Assembly: GCA_900556705.1 (NCBI GenBank)
Contig: USPT01000001.1
Location: 1-32,930, forward strand
DNA: 32,930 nucleotides
Direction: 5' to 3'
From: an uncultured Collinsella sp.
GTDB taxonomy: Bacteria > Actinomycetota > Coriobacteriia > Coriobacteriales > Coriobacteriaceae
Part shown: piece by piece, positions 9,161-18,911 of the stretch
Layout of the letters: each line of letters begins with the position of its first letter
Numbering within the stretch: the stretch's first letter is position 1
The notes under the pieces: model-generated
The model's database searches: none
What the model saw: the letters and a program-made list of their open reading frames with translations, nothing else
Told to the model about the DNA's origin: nothing
Position numbers and translations under genes: made by a program

Positions 9161-10656
9161 ACGCCCTCCTCGATAATGCGGTAGACATACTCCATGTCGA
9201 GCGCTCCGCGCACGACGTCGGCCAGGCGGTCGAACTCGCGCGCACGGTGATCGGCCGCGGACGCCGCGCCCGCAGCACCCACGACGCTCTCGGGCAGGCC
9301 GCGCATGCGCGCGAGCGAGCGCGCGAGGGCGAGCGCCACCCCCGGTTCGTCGAACAGGCCGTGGAGATAGGTTCCGAACACGTTTCCGCAGGCCGCGCCT
9401 TCTGGTTTGCCGCCAATCGTGCCCGCAGGGGCGCAGGAGACGGTCGTTTCGCCGTCGTGAATCTCGTACCCACGCGCCGTCATGCCGTTCCACACCGAGA
9501 ACGCGCCTTGGGCGCCCGTGATGCGCAGCTCCGACTGGGCGAGGCGCTTTTCCTCCTTGAACACCGTACTTGCAGGGATGAGCCCGAGCCCGCGCGCGGT
9601 GCCAGCGCCTTCCCTGCCGTGCGGGTCCGAAAGCTCGTCTCCCAAAAGCTGGTAGCCTCCGCATATGCCGAGCACCGGCGTGCCCGCGCCCGAAAGCGCG
9701 CGTACACAGGCTCCGATGCCGCTAGCCGCAAGCCAGCGCGCGTCGTCGACCGTGGACTTCGAGCCGGGAAGCACCACCAGGTCGGGTCGGCCCAGATCGG
9801 TCGTCGAGGAAACGTAGCGCACGCCCATGCCGGGCACGCGCGAAAGCGGGTCGAAGTCGGTGAAGTTCGACAGATGCGGAAGGCGCACGACGGCGACGTC
9901 GATGACGCCGCGCGCCTCGCGGGCAGTTAGGCGCGGCGCGAGCGAGTCCTCGTCGTCCAGGTCGAGCGTAAGATACGGCACGACCCCCACGACGGGAACC
10001 CCGCACATTTTCTCGAGCGGAGCCAAACCCGGACGCAGGATTTCCACATCGCCGCGGAACTTGTTCACCATAAGCCCCCGCAAAAGCGCGCGGTCCTCGG
10101 GCGCAAGGAGCGCGACCGTGCCGTAGAGCTGGGCAAACACCCCGCCTGGGTCGATGTCGCCCGCGAGCAGCACGGGGGAGGACACGGCGCGCGCGAGCCC
10201 CATGTTGACGATGTCGTTTTCGGCAAGGTTGATTTCGACGGGACTGCCGGCGCCCTCGATGACGATGACGTCGTTTTCCTCCGCGAGCGAATCGAACGCC
10301 TCCAAAATCTGCGGCATGAGCGCCTTCTTTCGCGGGAAGTAGTCCCTCGCAGCGAAGGCTCCCTGCGCCTTGCCGGCCACGATGAGCTGGCTTCGGTGAT
10401 CGCTTTCGGGCTTGAGCAGGATGGGGTTCATGCGCACGTCGGGCGCGATGCCGCACGCCTCGGCCTGCATGATCTGAGCGCGCCCCATCTCGAGCCCGTC
10501 GGCCGTGACACCGCTGTTGAGCGCCATGTTCTGGCTCTTGAAGGGAGCCACGCGCAGGCCGTCCTGCGAAAGCACACGGCACAGCCCCGCCGCAAGCAGG
10601 CTCTTCCCCGCGTTCGACATGGTGCCCTGGATCATGATGGGCTTCGCCCTACCCAC
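9157..10656 (-). CDS. cbiP: Cobyric acid synthase (CbiP/CobQ)
   Basis: GTG 10656 after GGAGG. IMIQGTMSNAGKS, PFKSQNMALNS, MNPILLKP, EGAGSP.EINL, SNFTDF, GICGGYQ, GTYLHG. Confidence 0.95.
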   Translation of the reverse strand: MGRAKPIMIQGTMSNAGKSLLAAGLCRVLSQDGLRVAPFKSQNMALNSGVTADGLEMGRAQIMQAEACGIAPDVRMNPILLKPESDHRSQLIVAGKAQGAFAARDYFPRKKALMPQILEAFDSLAEENDVIVIEGAGSPVEINLAENDIVNMGLARAVSSPVLLAGDIDPGGVFAQLYGTVALLAPEDRALLRGLMVNKFRGDVEILRPGLAPLEKMCGVPVVGVVPYLTLDLDDEDSLAPRLTAREARGVIDVAVVRLPHLSNFTDFDPLSRVPGMGVRYVSSTTDLGRPDLVVLPGSKSTVDDARWLAASGIGACVRALSGAGTPVLGICGGYQLLGDELSDPHGREGAGTARGLGLIPASTVFKEEKRLAQSELRITGAQGAFSVWNGMTARGYEIHDGETTVSCAPAGTIGGKPEGAACGNVFGTYLHGLFDEPGVALALARSLARMRGLPESVVGAAGAASAADHRAREFDRLADVVRGALDMEYVYRIIEEGV

Positions 10657-11872
10657 GGGTATCGACCTCCTTCGCCGAGCCTCGGCCATCCGCGCCCGCC
10701 ATAGCGCCGCTGCAAGAAGCGCCGCCCCGTTCGTCGGGTTCGCCTTCGCCCGATGCGCCTTCCGCCCGAAGCGCGCGGCTGAACGCCATCGCAAGCCGGG
10801 CATTCTCCTTGTGCGTGCGCACGGCGACGCGGCACCAGAAACGGGACAGTATCGAAAACGAGTCGCACGTGCGGACCAAAACCCCCTGTTTATACAGGCG
10901 CTCGGGGATGTCTTTCGCCGGCGTGCGGACTAAAAGGAAGTTCGCATCCGACGGCACGACGGAAAGCCCGAGCGAGGAGAGCTCGTGGGAAAGCCACGCT
11001 CGCTCGCCCGCCAATACATCGCGCGTGCGCGAGACGTATTCGACGTCTTCCAGGGCGGCGATGCCCGCGGCCTCGGCGACCGAGGAGACGGGCCACGCCT
11101 GCCCCGCCCGACGAATCCCCTCGATGAGTTGGGCGTTTCCGCTGATCAGATACCCCAACCGCAACCCTGCCATTCCGTAGAGCTTGGTGAACGCGGAGAG
11201 CACGGCCACATGGTGCGAACACGCGGCGCGTGCGGCCACGCTCCTTTCGCGGGCGTCGGGCGCAAATCCGAGGAAGCACTCGTCCACGACGAGCAGCGCG
11301 CCCACCTGCTCGCAGCGGCAAGCCGCGGCATCGATCACGCGGGGGTCGACGAGGCGCCCCGTCGGGTTGTTCGGATTGCAGAGGTACGCCACGTCTCCCG
11401 GCCCCTCGATCGCGCGGGCGAAGGAGGCGGGCACGTCGAAGTCATCCGCCTCGGAGAGCGGGAACTCCTGCACGCATGCACCGTAGTACGATGCCGCCTC
11501 CGCATATTCAGAGAACGTCGGCGCGCACACGACGATGCGTTTCGGGCGTACCGCCGCGGCGAGCCGCCAGATGATGTCAGACGCGCCCGCGCCGCAGACG
11601 ATAGTATCTTCGGGAATGCCCTGGGCGCGCCCTAGGGCGCGAACGAGTGCGAGGCTTTCCCTATCGGGGTAGGCGTCGATTCGAGAAAGCGCCTTGCAAG
11701 CTGCGGCGACGGCGCGCGGCGAGGGGCCTGCCGGATTCACGTTCACCGAGAAGTCAATGAGGTCGGAGGCGCCCCCTTCGCAAGCGATGCCGAGCGATTG
11801 CGAGCTGCCCCCATGCGTACGGGCGCGCAGGATTCCCCCGGCAGCCTGGGGCGCGGCGTGGTCTTCCCTCAT
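10649..11872 (-). CDS. cobD: L-threonine-O-3-phosphate decarboxylase (PLP-dependent)
   Basis: HGG motif, DFSVNVNP.G, CNPNNPTG, VVDECF, SAFTKLYGMAGLRLGY (PLP lysine). Lies directly downstream of cbiB. Confidence 0.88.
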   Translation of the reverse strand: MREDHAAPQAAGGILRARTHGGSSQSLGIACEGGASDLIDFSVNVNPAGPSPRAVAAACKALSRIDAYPDRESLALVRALGRAQGIPEDTIVCGAGASDIIWRLAAAVRPKRIVVCAPTFSEYAEAASYYGACVQEFPLSEADDFDVPASFARAIEGPGDVAYLCNPNNPTGRLVDPRVIDAAACRCEQVGALLVVDECFLGFAPDARERSVAARAACSHHVAVLSAFTKLYGMAGLRLGYLISGNAQLIEGIRRAGQAWPVSSVAEAAGIAALEDVEYVSRTRDVLAGERAWLSHELSSLGLSVVPSDANFLLVRTPAKDIPERLYKQGVLVRTCDSFSILSRFWCRVAVRTHKENARLAMAFSRALRAEGASGEGEPDERGGASCSGAMAGADGRGSAKEVDTRG

Positions 11873-12846
11873 GCCATCGCCCCCACGGCGAGCACGACCG
11901 CCGCGCGCGCGGCGCCGAAGACGACGAGCGCGCATACGGACGCGGCGAGCATGAGCCTTGTCGCCCGTGCGATGTCGCCCCACTCGATTTCGCGGGACGC
12001 GTCGCCTATCGTCGGTTTCTCAACGAGCTTGCCGAAATACACCGCGGGTCCCGCCAGGCGCAGCCCGAGCGCGCCCGCGCACGCTGACTCGGTCTGCGCC
12101 GAGTTGGGGCTCGCATGGCGACGCCTGTCGCGGCGCCAGATGCGCGCCGCCCCGCGCGCGTCGAGCCCGACGATCGGGCACACGGCGATCATGAGCAGGG
12201 CCGATAAGCGCGAGGGAATCCAGTTCACCGCATCGTCGAGGCGCGCCGAGGCGCAGCCGAAGTCGATGTAGCGCTCATTTTTGTAGCCCACCATGCTGTC
12301 GAGCGTGTTCACCGCCTTGTACGCCATGCCCAAGGGCGCACCCCCGATCATAAGGTAGAAAAGCGGCGCGATGACGCCGTCGCTCGCGTTCTCCGCCACC
12401 GTTTCCACGGCGCCGCGCGCAACGCCCTGCTCGTCGAGAACAGACGTGTCGCGTCCCACGATGAGCCCGACGGCTTCGCGAGCCGCGACAAGGCCGCCCT
12501 TCGAGAACGCGCGGGCCACGGCCAGGCTCTGGCGGCGAAGCTCGCATGCCGCGAGAATCTGATAGCTTGCCCATGCCTCGGCCACGAAGCGCAAGCCGGA
12601 GTGAACCATGCCGCAAAGATGCAGGATTCCCCAGGTCAAAAGCCCACACGCAAGCGGAAGCGCCACGGCGAGCACAAGCCCTGCGGCGCGCGTGCCCGCG
12701 GACGTTTGCGGGAATGCGCCCCGCAGGCGGCCTTCGGCCCACGTGATCGCGCGCCCCATGGCGACGACGGGATGGGGAAGCCAGCGCGGGTCGCCGAAGG
12801 CAAGGTCGGCCGCGAACCCGGCGGCGACGGCAAGAATCGTCATCAC
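11869..12846 (-). CDS. cbiB: Adenosylcobinamide-phosphate synthase (CbiB)
   Basis: GDPRWLPHPV, IVGRDT, AVETVAENASDGVIAPLFY, YKAVNTLDSMVGYKN, H.SPNSA, YFG....KPTIG. Start is GTG 12846 or ATG 12843. Confidence 0.95.
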   Translation of the reverse strand: MMTILAVAAGFAADLAFGDPRWLPHPVVAMGRAITWAEGRLRGAFPQTSAGTRAAGLVLAVALPLACGLLTWGILHLCGMVHSGLRFVAEAWASYQILAACELRRQSLAVARAFSKGGLVAAREAVGLIVGRDTSVLDEQGVARGAVETVAENASDGVIAPLFYLMIGGAPLGMAYKAVNTLDSMVGYKNERYIDFGCASARLDDAVNWIPSRLSALLMIAVCPIVGLDARGAARIWRRDRRRHASPNSAQTESACAGALGLRLAGPAVYFGKLVEKPTIGDASREIEWGDIARATRLMLAASVCALVVFGAARAAVVLAVGAMA

Positions 12847-13844
12847 CGGGCATCGCCCCCCGAAGCGGGGCGAACGTCGCGAAGGCAGCGCCCATCCCAG
12901 GTGGCGGCCCATGCACCACCCGGCTCGGTATGCACGTCGAAGTATCCCATTTTCGGGACAGCTAGCTCGGAGAGCAGCGCTTTCACGGTACCCGCGTGAA
13001 CGACGAAGACGGCGCGCCCACTCCCCTGGGCGCGCTCCGATTCGCACGCCTCCCGAAACGCCGCGACGACGCGGCGGGTGAAATCGCTCTTGCCCTCGCC
13101 ATGCGGGCAGCGCGTCTCACACCAGGAGTCTACCCAGGCGCGGTAACGCGCATCCTCTTTAAGTTCGGCGGCGCTTCGCCCCTCGAAGTCGCCGAAATCT
13201 ATCTCGCGCAGACCGGGGCACGCCATAAGCTCCGCGTTCGGGAAGAGAATGCGTGCCGTCTGGTCGGTGCGGGCCATGCCGCTCGTGATAACACGGAACA
13301 CGTCACGATCGCACGCGAGGTCGCGCAAAGCGCGCTCGCCCGCGCTCGACAGGGGCTCGTCGGTGCCCGCCCCGCTGTAGCGATGGTCTTCCGTGCCCGC
13401 CGTGGCACCATGGCGCACGAAGATGACTTCCAAAGGCGCGCCCGCGCCCAGCGTCCCTCGAGGCGCATCGGCAAGGTTTCCTTTGATGACCTGGGGAATC
13501 CCGCACGTCATGCGCACGACGACGTCGGCGCGCGCAGCGAGCGCGCATCCCAGGCGCCCCGCGCGCTCGCGCCATTGGGCGTCTTCCGCACGCATAGGGA
13601 CGACCCCCGAGCCGACCAAGGTCAGAATCACTGCGTCGAAGCCAATCAGCCGCTCGAGCGCCCGGTCAGCGTCGAGCGTGCGTACGAGTTCCTCAGCACG
13701 GTACGCGACACGGCCGGCAAAAACCGCGGGCACGACGCCCTCCGCAAGCTGCGCCGCGTCGACGAAATCGTCCGCCGCGAACCCGAGCTTTTCGCGCACG
13801 AAGGTCCTCTTCCCCGAATGCGCGCCACCTACCACGAGCATCAT
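12843..13844 (-). CDS. cobC: Fusion of a short CobU-like P-loop domain and a histidine phosphatase (alpha-ribazole phosphatase, CobC-like)
   Basis: N-half: MMLVVGGAHSGK...VGSGVVP....WRERAGRL...LAARADVVVRMTCGIP. C-half: RHG motif (IFVRHGAT), LREIDFGDFEG, VVHAGT. ATG 13844 overlaps the cobS stop. Confidence 0.8.
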   Translation of the reverse strand: MMLVVGGAHSGKRTFVREKLGFAADDFVDAAQLAEGVVPAVFAGRVAYRAEELVRTLDADRALERLIGFDAVILTLVGSGVVPMRAEDAQWRERAGRLGCALAARADVVVRMTCGIPQVIKGNLADAPRGTLGAGAPLEVIFVRHGATAGTEDHRYSGAGTDEPLSSAGERALRDLACDRDVFRVITSGMARTDQTARILFPNAELMACPGLREIDFGDFEGRSAAELKEDARYRAWVDSWCETRCPHGEGKSDFTRRVVAAFREACESERAQGSGRAVFVVHAGTVKALLSELAVPKMGYFDVHTEPGGAWAATWDGRCLRDVRPASGGDAR

Positions 13845-14608
13845 AGGAGCATGCCCCCCGCCACCAGCATGGCAAGCATCGCGAGCTCGGCCCATTGCAG
13901 AAACCATCCGGCCAAATCCCCCGTCACCCCGCCGAAGCGGGACAGGGCAACATGGCGATACCACGCGAGCGCCAAAAGCCCCGCCACCGCCATAAGGGCG
14001 CCGACGGCCCGAGCGCACGCGACCATCCCTGCAGCCGAAGCCGCAGCGAAAGCGCAAAGCGGCACGACGATCGCCGCGCGCTTCTTCGAAGGCGAGAGTC
14101 CCGCGGCCATGCCGTCCGCCCGAGCGGCAGGCCAACATTCAACGGCGAGCCCCGAAAGCGCGCGGGAGAACACGAGCGAGCACAGAAGCGCAAGGAACGT
14201 CCCCGCCGTAAGCGGCAGCGCGGTGAACAGGGAAAACTGCAGAATAAGGTACACGACAACACCGATGACCCCGAAGGCGCCCGCCCGCGGGTCGTGCATG
14301 ATCTCGAGCTTTCGCTCGCGTGGGGCCCAACTTGCAAGCGCATCGGAGGTGTCGCAGAGCCCGTCTAGGTGGATGCCTCCCGTCACCGCCACAGGCAGCG
14401 CCACGAGCACAGCCGCGACGATGGTCGCGGGCACGCCGAACAGGTTCGCCATGTACCCCCACGCCGTCATGAGGAAGCCTTCCGCAACGCCCACCAGGGG
14501 AAACGCGGCAAGCGCATGGGTTGATCCGAAATCGGTCCAGGTCGATTTCGGGACGGGGATGCGCGAGAACGTTCCGAACGCCGCGCCGATTGCCTCTGCT
14601 ATCTTCAC
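13841..14608 (-). CDS. cobS: Adenosylcobinamide-GDP ribazoletransferase (cobalamin synthase)
   Basis: FSRIPVP, FPLVG, TGGIHLDGLCDTSDA, LEIMHDPRAGAFG, FGGVTGD..G. GTG 14608 overlaps the cobU stop. Confidence 0.95.
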   Translation of the reverse strand: MKIAEAIGAAFGTFSRIPVPKSTWTDFGSTHALAAFPLVGVAEGFLMTAWGYMANLFGVPATIVAAVLVALPVAVTGGIHLDGLCDTSDALASWAPRERKLEIMHDPRAGAFGVIGVVVYLILQFSLFTALPLTAGTFLALLCSLVFSRALSGLAVECWPAARADGMAAGLSPSKKRAAIVVPLCAFAAASAAGMVACARAVGALMAVAGLLALAWYRHVALSRFGGVTGDLAGWFLQWAELAMLAMLVAGGMLL

Positions 14609-15153
14609 CTTGTAGGCCCTTCGCCTTTCATCCACACGGGAATCCCGCATACCACTTCGACTGCGCGGTCGGCCAGCGCCGCCACGCCCGCGTTCACGCG
14701 CGCAAGCGCGCGCCTCCATGCCTCGGTCCCCTCATCGTAGCGCATCCCATCGGCGAACACGTCGACGGAGACCACCACCGTATACGCAGCGGCCTGAGCG
14801 AGCCGTTCGATGCCTCCGAGCACCTCGCGCGCCGCAGCGTCGGGGTCACGTGGGGACAAGCCGCCTTCCGCGAAAAGCTCGTTCGCAACCAGGTTGCCCA
14901 CGTCCTCCAAAAGAAGCGTGCAGCCGCGCGGAAGCCCGGACACTGCGGCGCCCACGTCACGCGTGCGCTCGAGGGTGGAAAACCCCTTGCCCTCGCGCAG
15001 CGCCCGATGGCGCGCGATGCGGCGGGCGCCCTCTTCCCCGAAGGGCTCCATCGTTGCCAGGTACACGCGGGGTCCGTCGTGCCCGAGGCACAGGGACTCG
15101 GCGTAGGCGCTCTTGCCGCTCGCGGCGGCGCCGATGACGAGCGTTACCGTCAT
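14605..15153 (-). CDS. cobU: Bifunctional adenosylcobinamide kinase / adenosylcobinamide-phosphate guanylyltransferase
   Basis: LVIGAAASGKSAYAE, YLAT, RIARHR (conserved His), LLED..NL.ANE, ADRAVEVVCGIP. ATG 15153 overlaps the cobT stop. Confidence 0.92.
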   Translation of the reverse strand: MTVTLVIGAAASGKSAYAESLCLGHDGPRVYLATMEPFGEEGARRIARHRALREGKGFSTLERTRDVGAAVSGLPRGCTLLLEDVGNLVANELFAEGGLSPRDPDAAAREVLGGIERLAQAAAYTVVVSVDVFADGMRYDEGTEAWRRALARVNAGVAALADRAVEVVCGIPVWMKGEGPTR

Positions 15154-16292
15154 TTCCCGGCCTCGAAATGCTCGTAAGCAGCCATGCCAGTCGCCGTGAA
15201 CGTCTTCCCATCCCGGTACACGCGCAGCGCCGAATCCAGAAGGGGCAGATACGCCATGGCGCCCGCGCCCTCGCCCAAGTGCATGCCTGCGTCGAGGGGT
15301 GCCTTTATGCCGAGCTCGCGAAGGAGCTCCTGGCTTGCGGGTTCGCTTGATGTGTGGGTGCCCACGAGGTAACCCAAGGCGTTGGGGCACAGGCGCGCCG
15401 CGCACAGGGCCGCCGTGCAGGATATGACCCCGTCGAGGAGCGCCGGCGCCTTCGAGGCCGCGGCCCCCAGGTAGAAACCGCACATCGCCGCGATGTCGAA
15501 GCCGCCCACCTTCGAGAGCACGTCGATCGGGTCGGCGGGATCGGGCGAGTTCGCGTCGATAGCGCGCTCGACCACGTCGCGCTTGCGCGCGAGCGAGGCG
15601 TCCGAGAGCCCCGCGCCGCGCCCGACGAGACTCCGCGCGTCCGTCCGGAGGAGCACTGCGGCCACCGCCGCCGAGGTGGTCGTGTTGCCGATGCCCATCT
15701 CGCCCGCGGCGAGAAGGCGCACGCCGGCGCGGGCAAGCCCGCACGCGACGGCGATTCCGACCTCGATCGCGCGCACGGCCCCATCGCGAGACATAGCGGG
15801 GCCGTACGCGATGTTGCCGCTCCCCCGCCGCACGTTCGCGCGCACCATGCGCGCGTCTTCTATGCCCCAGGCCATACCCACGTCGACGGGCACGACCTCG
15901 GCACCCGCGAACGCCGCCATGCGGCAGGCGCTCGTGGCCCCCTCGCACATGTTGCGCGCGACGACTCGCGTCACGTCTTGCCCGCTTTGCGACACGCCTT
16001 CGGCAACGACCCCGTTGTCGGAGAAGAATACCGCGAGCGCACGGGGAAACTCGACCACCTCGGCGCTCCCCTGAGCTGCGGCGATACACGCGACGGCGTC
16101 TTCAAAGTCGCCCAATCCCCCCAAGGGGTGCGCGATGGAGTCCCACGCGGCGTACGCGGCGGCGCGGGCGCACTCGTCTGCGGGCGCAATCCGGGAGAGC
16201 GCGGCTTCGAGCACGGCGCCCGGCGCCGACGAGAACGCGCGCTCGACTTCCTCGCGGATGCAGGCAAGCGCGGTTTCGGTTGCTTCAGCCAT
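15150..16292 (-). CDS. cobT: Nicotinate-nucleotide--dimethylbenzimidazole phosphoribosyltransferase
   Basis: PLGGLG, SDNGVVAEGVSQ, GEMGIGNTT, VGRGAG, VGGFDIAAM.G, LDG.I, MHLGEGAG. Confidence 0.94.
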   Translation of the reverse strand: MAEATETALACIREEVERAFSSAPGAVLEAALSRIAPADECARAAAYAAWDSIAHPLGGLGDFEDAVACIAAAQGSAEVVEFPRALAVFFSDNGVVAEGVSQSGQDVTRVVARNMCEGATSACRMAAFAGAEVVPVDVGMAWGIEDARMVRANVRRGSGNIAYGPAMSRDGAVRAIEVGIAVACGLARAGVRLLAAGEMGIGNTTTSAAVAAVLLRTDARSLVGRGAGLSDASLARKRDVVERAIDANSPDPADPIDVLSKVGGFDIAAMCGFYLGAAASKAPALLDGVISCTAALCAARLCPNALGYLVGTHTSSEPASQELLRELGIKAPLDAGMHLGEGAGAMAYLPLLDSALRVYRDGKTFTATGMAAYEHFEAGK

Positions 16293-17667
16293 GCCGTCTC
16301 CTCTCTGCGAACGACGCTGCGGCAGACGCGAACGCGCGCGCAACGTCGGGGTTCGCAGGATAGTACACATGCGGGAAGCCCGCAACCAGGGACGGGGTGG
16401 TCGTCATGCACGGCCAGCCCTTGTCGCGCCGGGGCTTCTGCGCCCAGAAGTCGCCGCCCGGGCAGGTGGACTGCCAGTAGTGGAACTCGTGCGCGCGGAT
16501 GCGTGTGCCGCGCGGCCCGTAGAGCCCGTCGCGTTGAGAAGTGAGCTCCACGTACCCGAAATGGGACAGCCTTCCCCCGTTCTCGCTTACGCCCTCAAGG
16601 GCGCCCGCAACAGGCCAGCGCCGCCCCTCGCTATCGGCGATTTCGCGCTGCAGATACAGAAACCCACCGCATTCGGCGACCGTCGGCATGCCAGATTCCA
16701 CCGCGCGCCGCACCGCCTCGCGCATCGGCGCGTTCTCGGAGAGCTGCCGCGCATGGAGCTCCGGGTAGCCGCCCCCCAGATAGAGGGCGCTTGTCCCCCG
16801 GGGCAACTCGCTATCACACAGGGGGCTGAAAAAGGCCAGCTCGCAACCCAGGTCCTCGAGCGCGCGCAGGTTCTCCTCGTAGTAAAACGAGAACGCCTCG
16901 TCACGCGCGACGGCGACGATGGGCCGCGCTCCCGCGATCGGCTCCAACCGATAAGGTTCCTCGCAGATATCGGGTGCCGTCGCCGCTATTTCAAGCAAGC
17001 GGTCGACGTTGACGCTCTTTTCCACCAGCTCGGCCATCTTGTCGATGCGCGCGGAGAGCTGCTTGACTTCGTCGGCGGTCACAAGCCCCAGATGCCGGCT
17101 TTCGAGCGAGAACGCCTCGTCGGCGGGAATATTACCCAAAACCGCGACGCCCGTGTGCTTCTCGATCGCAGGCGCCGCGTAGGCGCAGGCAGCGGCGCTC
17201 GTCTTGTTCAGCACGACGCCGCGCACGTTCGCACAAGGCAGGAACTCGGCGATGCCGCGGATTACGGCGGCGAGCGATAAAGACGCCCCGCGCCCGTTCA
17301 CCACTAAAACGACCGGCGTTTCCGTGTCGCGCGCAACCTGGTAGCTGCTCGCGTCGGCCACGCCGGGCGCCATGCCGTCGTAGAAGCCCATGACCCCCTC
17401 GAGCACCGCGACATCCGCGCCCGCGGCGCCGCGTGCGAGCAGGGCGCGCAGCGTCGGGGCGTCGGTGAAGAAGCCGTCTAAGTTGCCCGAGCGCGCACCC
17501 ACGACGCGGCGATGAAAGAGCGGGTCAATGTAGTCGGGGCCGCATTTGAAGGCCGCGCATGCAAGGCCGCGGCGCGCGAACGCGCGCAGGAGCGCGCACG
17601 TTACGACCGTCTTGCCGCTCCCACTCGAGGGCGCAGCGACCATGAAGCGCGGGATGGACGTGCTCAC
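16285..17667 (-). CDS. cbiA: Cobyrinate a,c-diamide synthase (CbiA/CobB)
   Basis: SGSGKT, FKCGPDYIDP, EGVMGFYDG, ESRHLGL, DEAFSFYY, GGGYPEL, AECGG, HEFHY. GTG 17667 overlaps the cbiET stop. Confidence 0.95.
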   Translation of the reverse strand: MSTSIPRFMVAAPSSGSGKTVVTCALLRAFARRGLACAAFKCGPDYIDPLFHRRVVGARSGNLDGFFTDAPTLRALLARGAAGADVAVLEGVMGFYDGMAPGVADASSYQVARDTETPVVLVVNGRGASLSLAAVIRGIAEFLPCANVRGVVLNKTSAAACAYAAPAIEKHTGVAVLGNIPADEAFSLESRHLGLVTADEVKQLSARIDKMAELVEKSVNVDRLLEIAATAPDICEEPYRLEPIAGARPIVAVARDEAFSFYYEENLRALEDLGCELAFFSPLCDSELPRGTSALYLGGGYPELHARQLSENAPMREAVRRAVESGMPTVAECGGFLYLQREIADSEGRRWPVAGALEGVSENGGRLSHFGYVELTSQRDGLYGPRGTRIRAHEFHYWQSTCPGGDFWAQKPRRDKGWPCMTTTPSLVAGFPHVYYPANPDVARAFASAAASFAERRRHG

Positions 17668-18911
17668 CGGGCGCCGCCTTCCCCACCTGCACCACGCGCG
17701 CTGACGAGGAACACGGGGTTTTGCGCCTTCATAAGATGGTGCGAGCCTACAGCCTCGGCACGGGCGGCCGACACCTGGCACGCCTCGAACCCCTTAAAGC
17801 GCGAACCCGAGAGGAGCGCGCACGCCTCGGTGAGCGTCTCAACAGTGACGCATGGCACGCACAGGCGAACCTGCGAGTTCTTCTCGAGCGCTGCCTCCAC
17901 GATGGAGGGAAGCTCGCCCGCGCTCCCGCCGACGAACACAGCGTCGGGAACGGGCAGTTTCGCGAGCGCTTCGGGGGCGACACCGGGGACCGCATGCACG
18001 TTGCCGCACCCGAATGCATCCGCGTTCTCTCGGATGAGCCGCACGCCGGCCGCGTTGCGCTCGACCGCCCATACCGACCCCGCTCGCGCGACGAGCGCCG
18101 CCTCGATCGACACGCTCCCCGTGCCGGCTCCGACGTCCCACACGGTGTCGGTAGCGGTAAGGCGCAGCTTCGCGAGCGCGACTGCGCGCACCTCCTGCTT
18201 GGTCATGGGAACGTCGCCGCGGATGAAGAGCTCGTCGGGAATGCCCGAGGAAGCGTACGGCCAGCGGGAACTCGCGGCGCGGGATGCGAACTCGATAAGC
18301 ATCACGTTCAAGTCGTCGAACGTCTGACCTGCGATTTCACTTGCGGTCGCGCAGGTGATGCGCTCGTCGGGGTACGACAGGCGCTCGGCCACCGTCACGC
18401 GCGCATCCCCGAAGCCCGCCTGCACAAGCTCGCCCGAAAGCCGCGAGGGGTCTTCCCCGCCCGACGTGACGAGAAAGAGCTCACCTGCGCGCTCGGCCTC
18501 GGCCACGATGTCGCACGCCACGCCGTGAGCGCTCGCGAAGCGCCAATCCTGCCATGGACGCGCGAGGCGCGCGGCGAGATAAGACGCTGAGCTTATGCCG
18601 GGAACGACGCGCACGTCCACCTGCGCGTCGCCGGAGAGCGCCTCCACCAGGCGGCGCGCGCCGCTGAACAGCCCCACATCGCCCGTCATCACGACCACGG
18701 CGCGCCGCCACGACGCCGCATCGGTGAGCGCGGCGACGATGTCCGCCGTCTTCACGAGCTCGCATCTCACCACGTCGGGCGGCACGTCGATGCCGGCAAG
18801 CGCGCGATGAGCGCCGATGACCACGTCGGCGAAGTCGATAGCGTCGAGCGCCGCGCGCGAGAGCAAGTCGGGGTTTCCGGGCCCCGCCCCGATGATCGTT
18901 ACCTTTCGCAT
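17664..18911 (-). CDS. cbiET: Bifunctional cobalt-precorrin-7 C5 / -6B C15 methyltransferase (CbiE-CbiT fusion, CobL-like)
   Basis: CbiE part: IIGAGPG, TGD.GLFSG, PGISS, SAHG, ERLSYPDERI. CbiT part: GIPDELF...PMTKQEVR, WDVGAGTGSVSIE, VFVGGS. Confidence 0.93.
   Translation of the reverse strand: MRKVTIIGAGPGNPDLLSRAALDAIDFADVVIGAHRALAGIDVPPDVVRCELVKTADIVAALTDAASWRRAVVVMTGDVGLFSGARRLVEALSGDAQVDVRVVPGISSASYLAARLARPWQDWRFASAHGVACDIVAEAERAGELFLVTSGGEDPSRLSGELVQAGFGDARVTVAERLSYPDERITCATASEIAGQTFDDLNVMLIEFASRAASSRWPYASSGIPDELFIRGDVPMTKQEVRAVALAKLRLTATDTVWDVGAGTGSVSIEAALVARAGSVWAVERNAAGVRLIRENADAFGCGNVHAVPGVAPEALAKLPVPDAVFVGGSAGELPSIVEAALEKNSQVRLCVPCVTVETLTEACALLSGSRFKGFEACQVSAARAEAVGSHHLMKAQNPVFLVSARGAGGEGGAR

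Noticed and set aside
10649..10770. CobD C-terminal extension as a Cys-rich metal-binding domain like that of the bifunctional kinase/decarboxylase CobD of Methanosarcina
   Set aside because: It is a short Gly/Ala/Ser-rich tail with a single cysteine.
12996..16544. Long plus-strand ORFs (12996-14615 and 15354-16544) and many similar antisense or alternate-frame ORFs across the window
   Set aside because: They are shadows of well-supported cob genes in high-GC DNA: rich in Arg/Ala/Pro, with no recognisable motifs.
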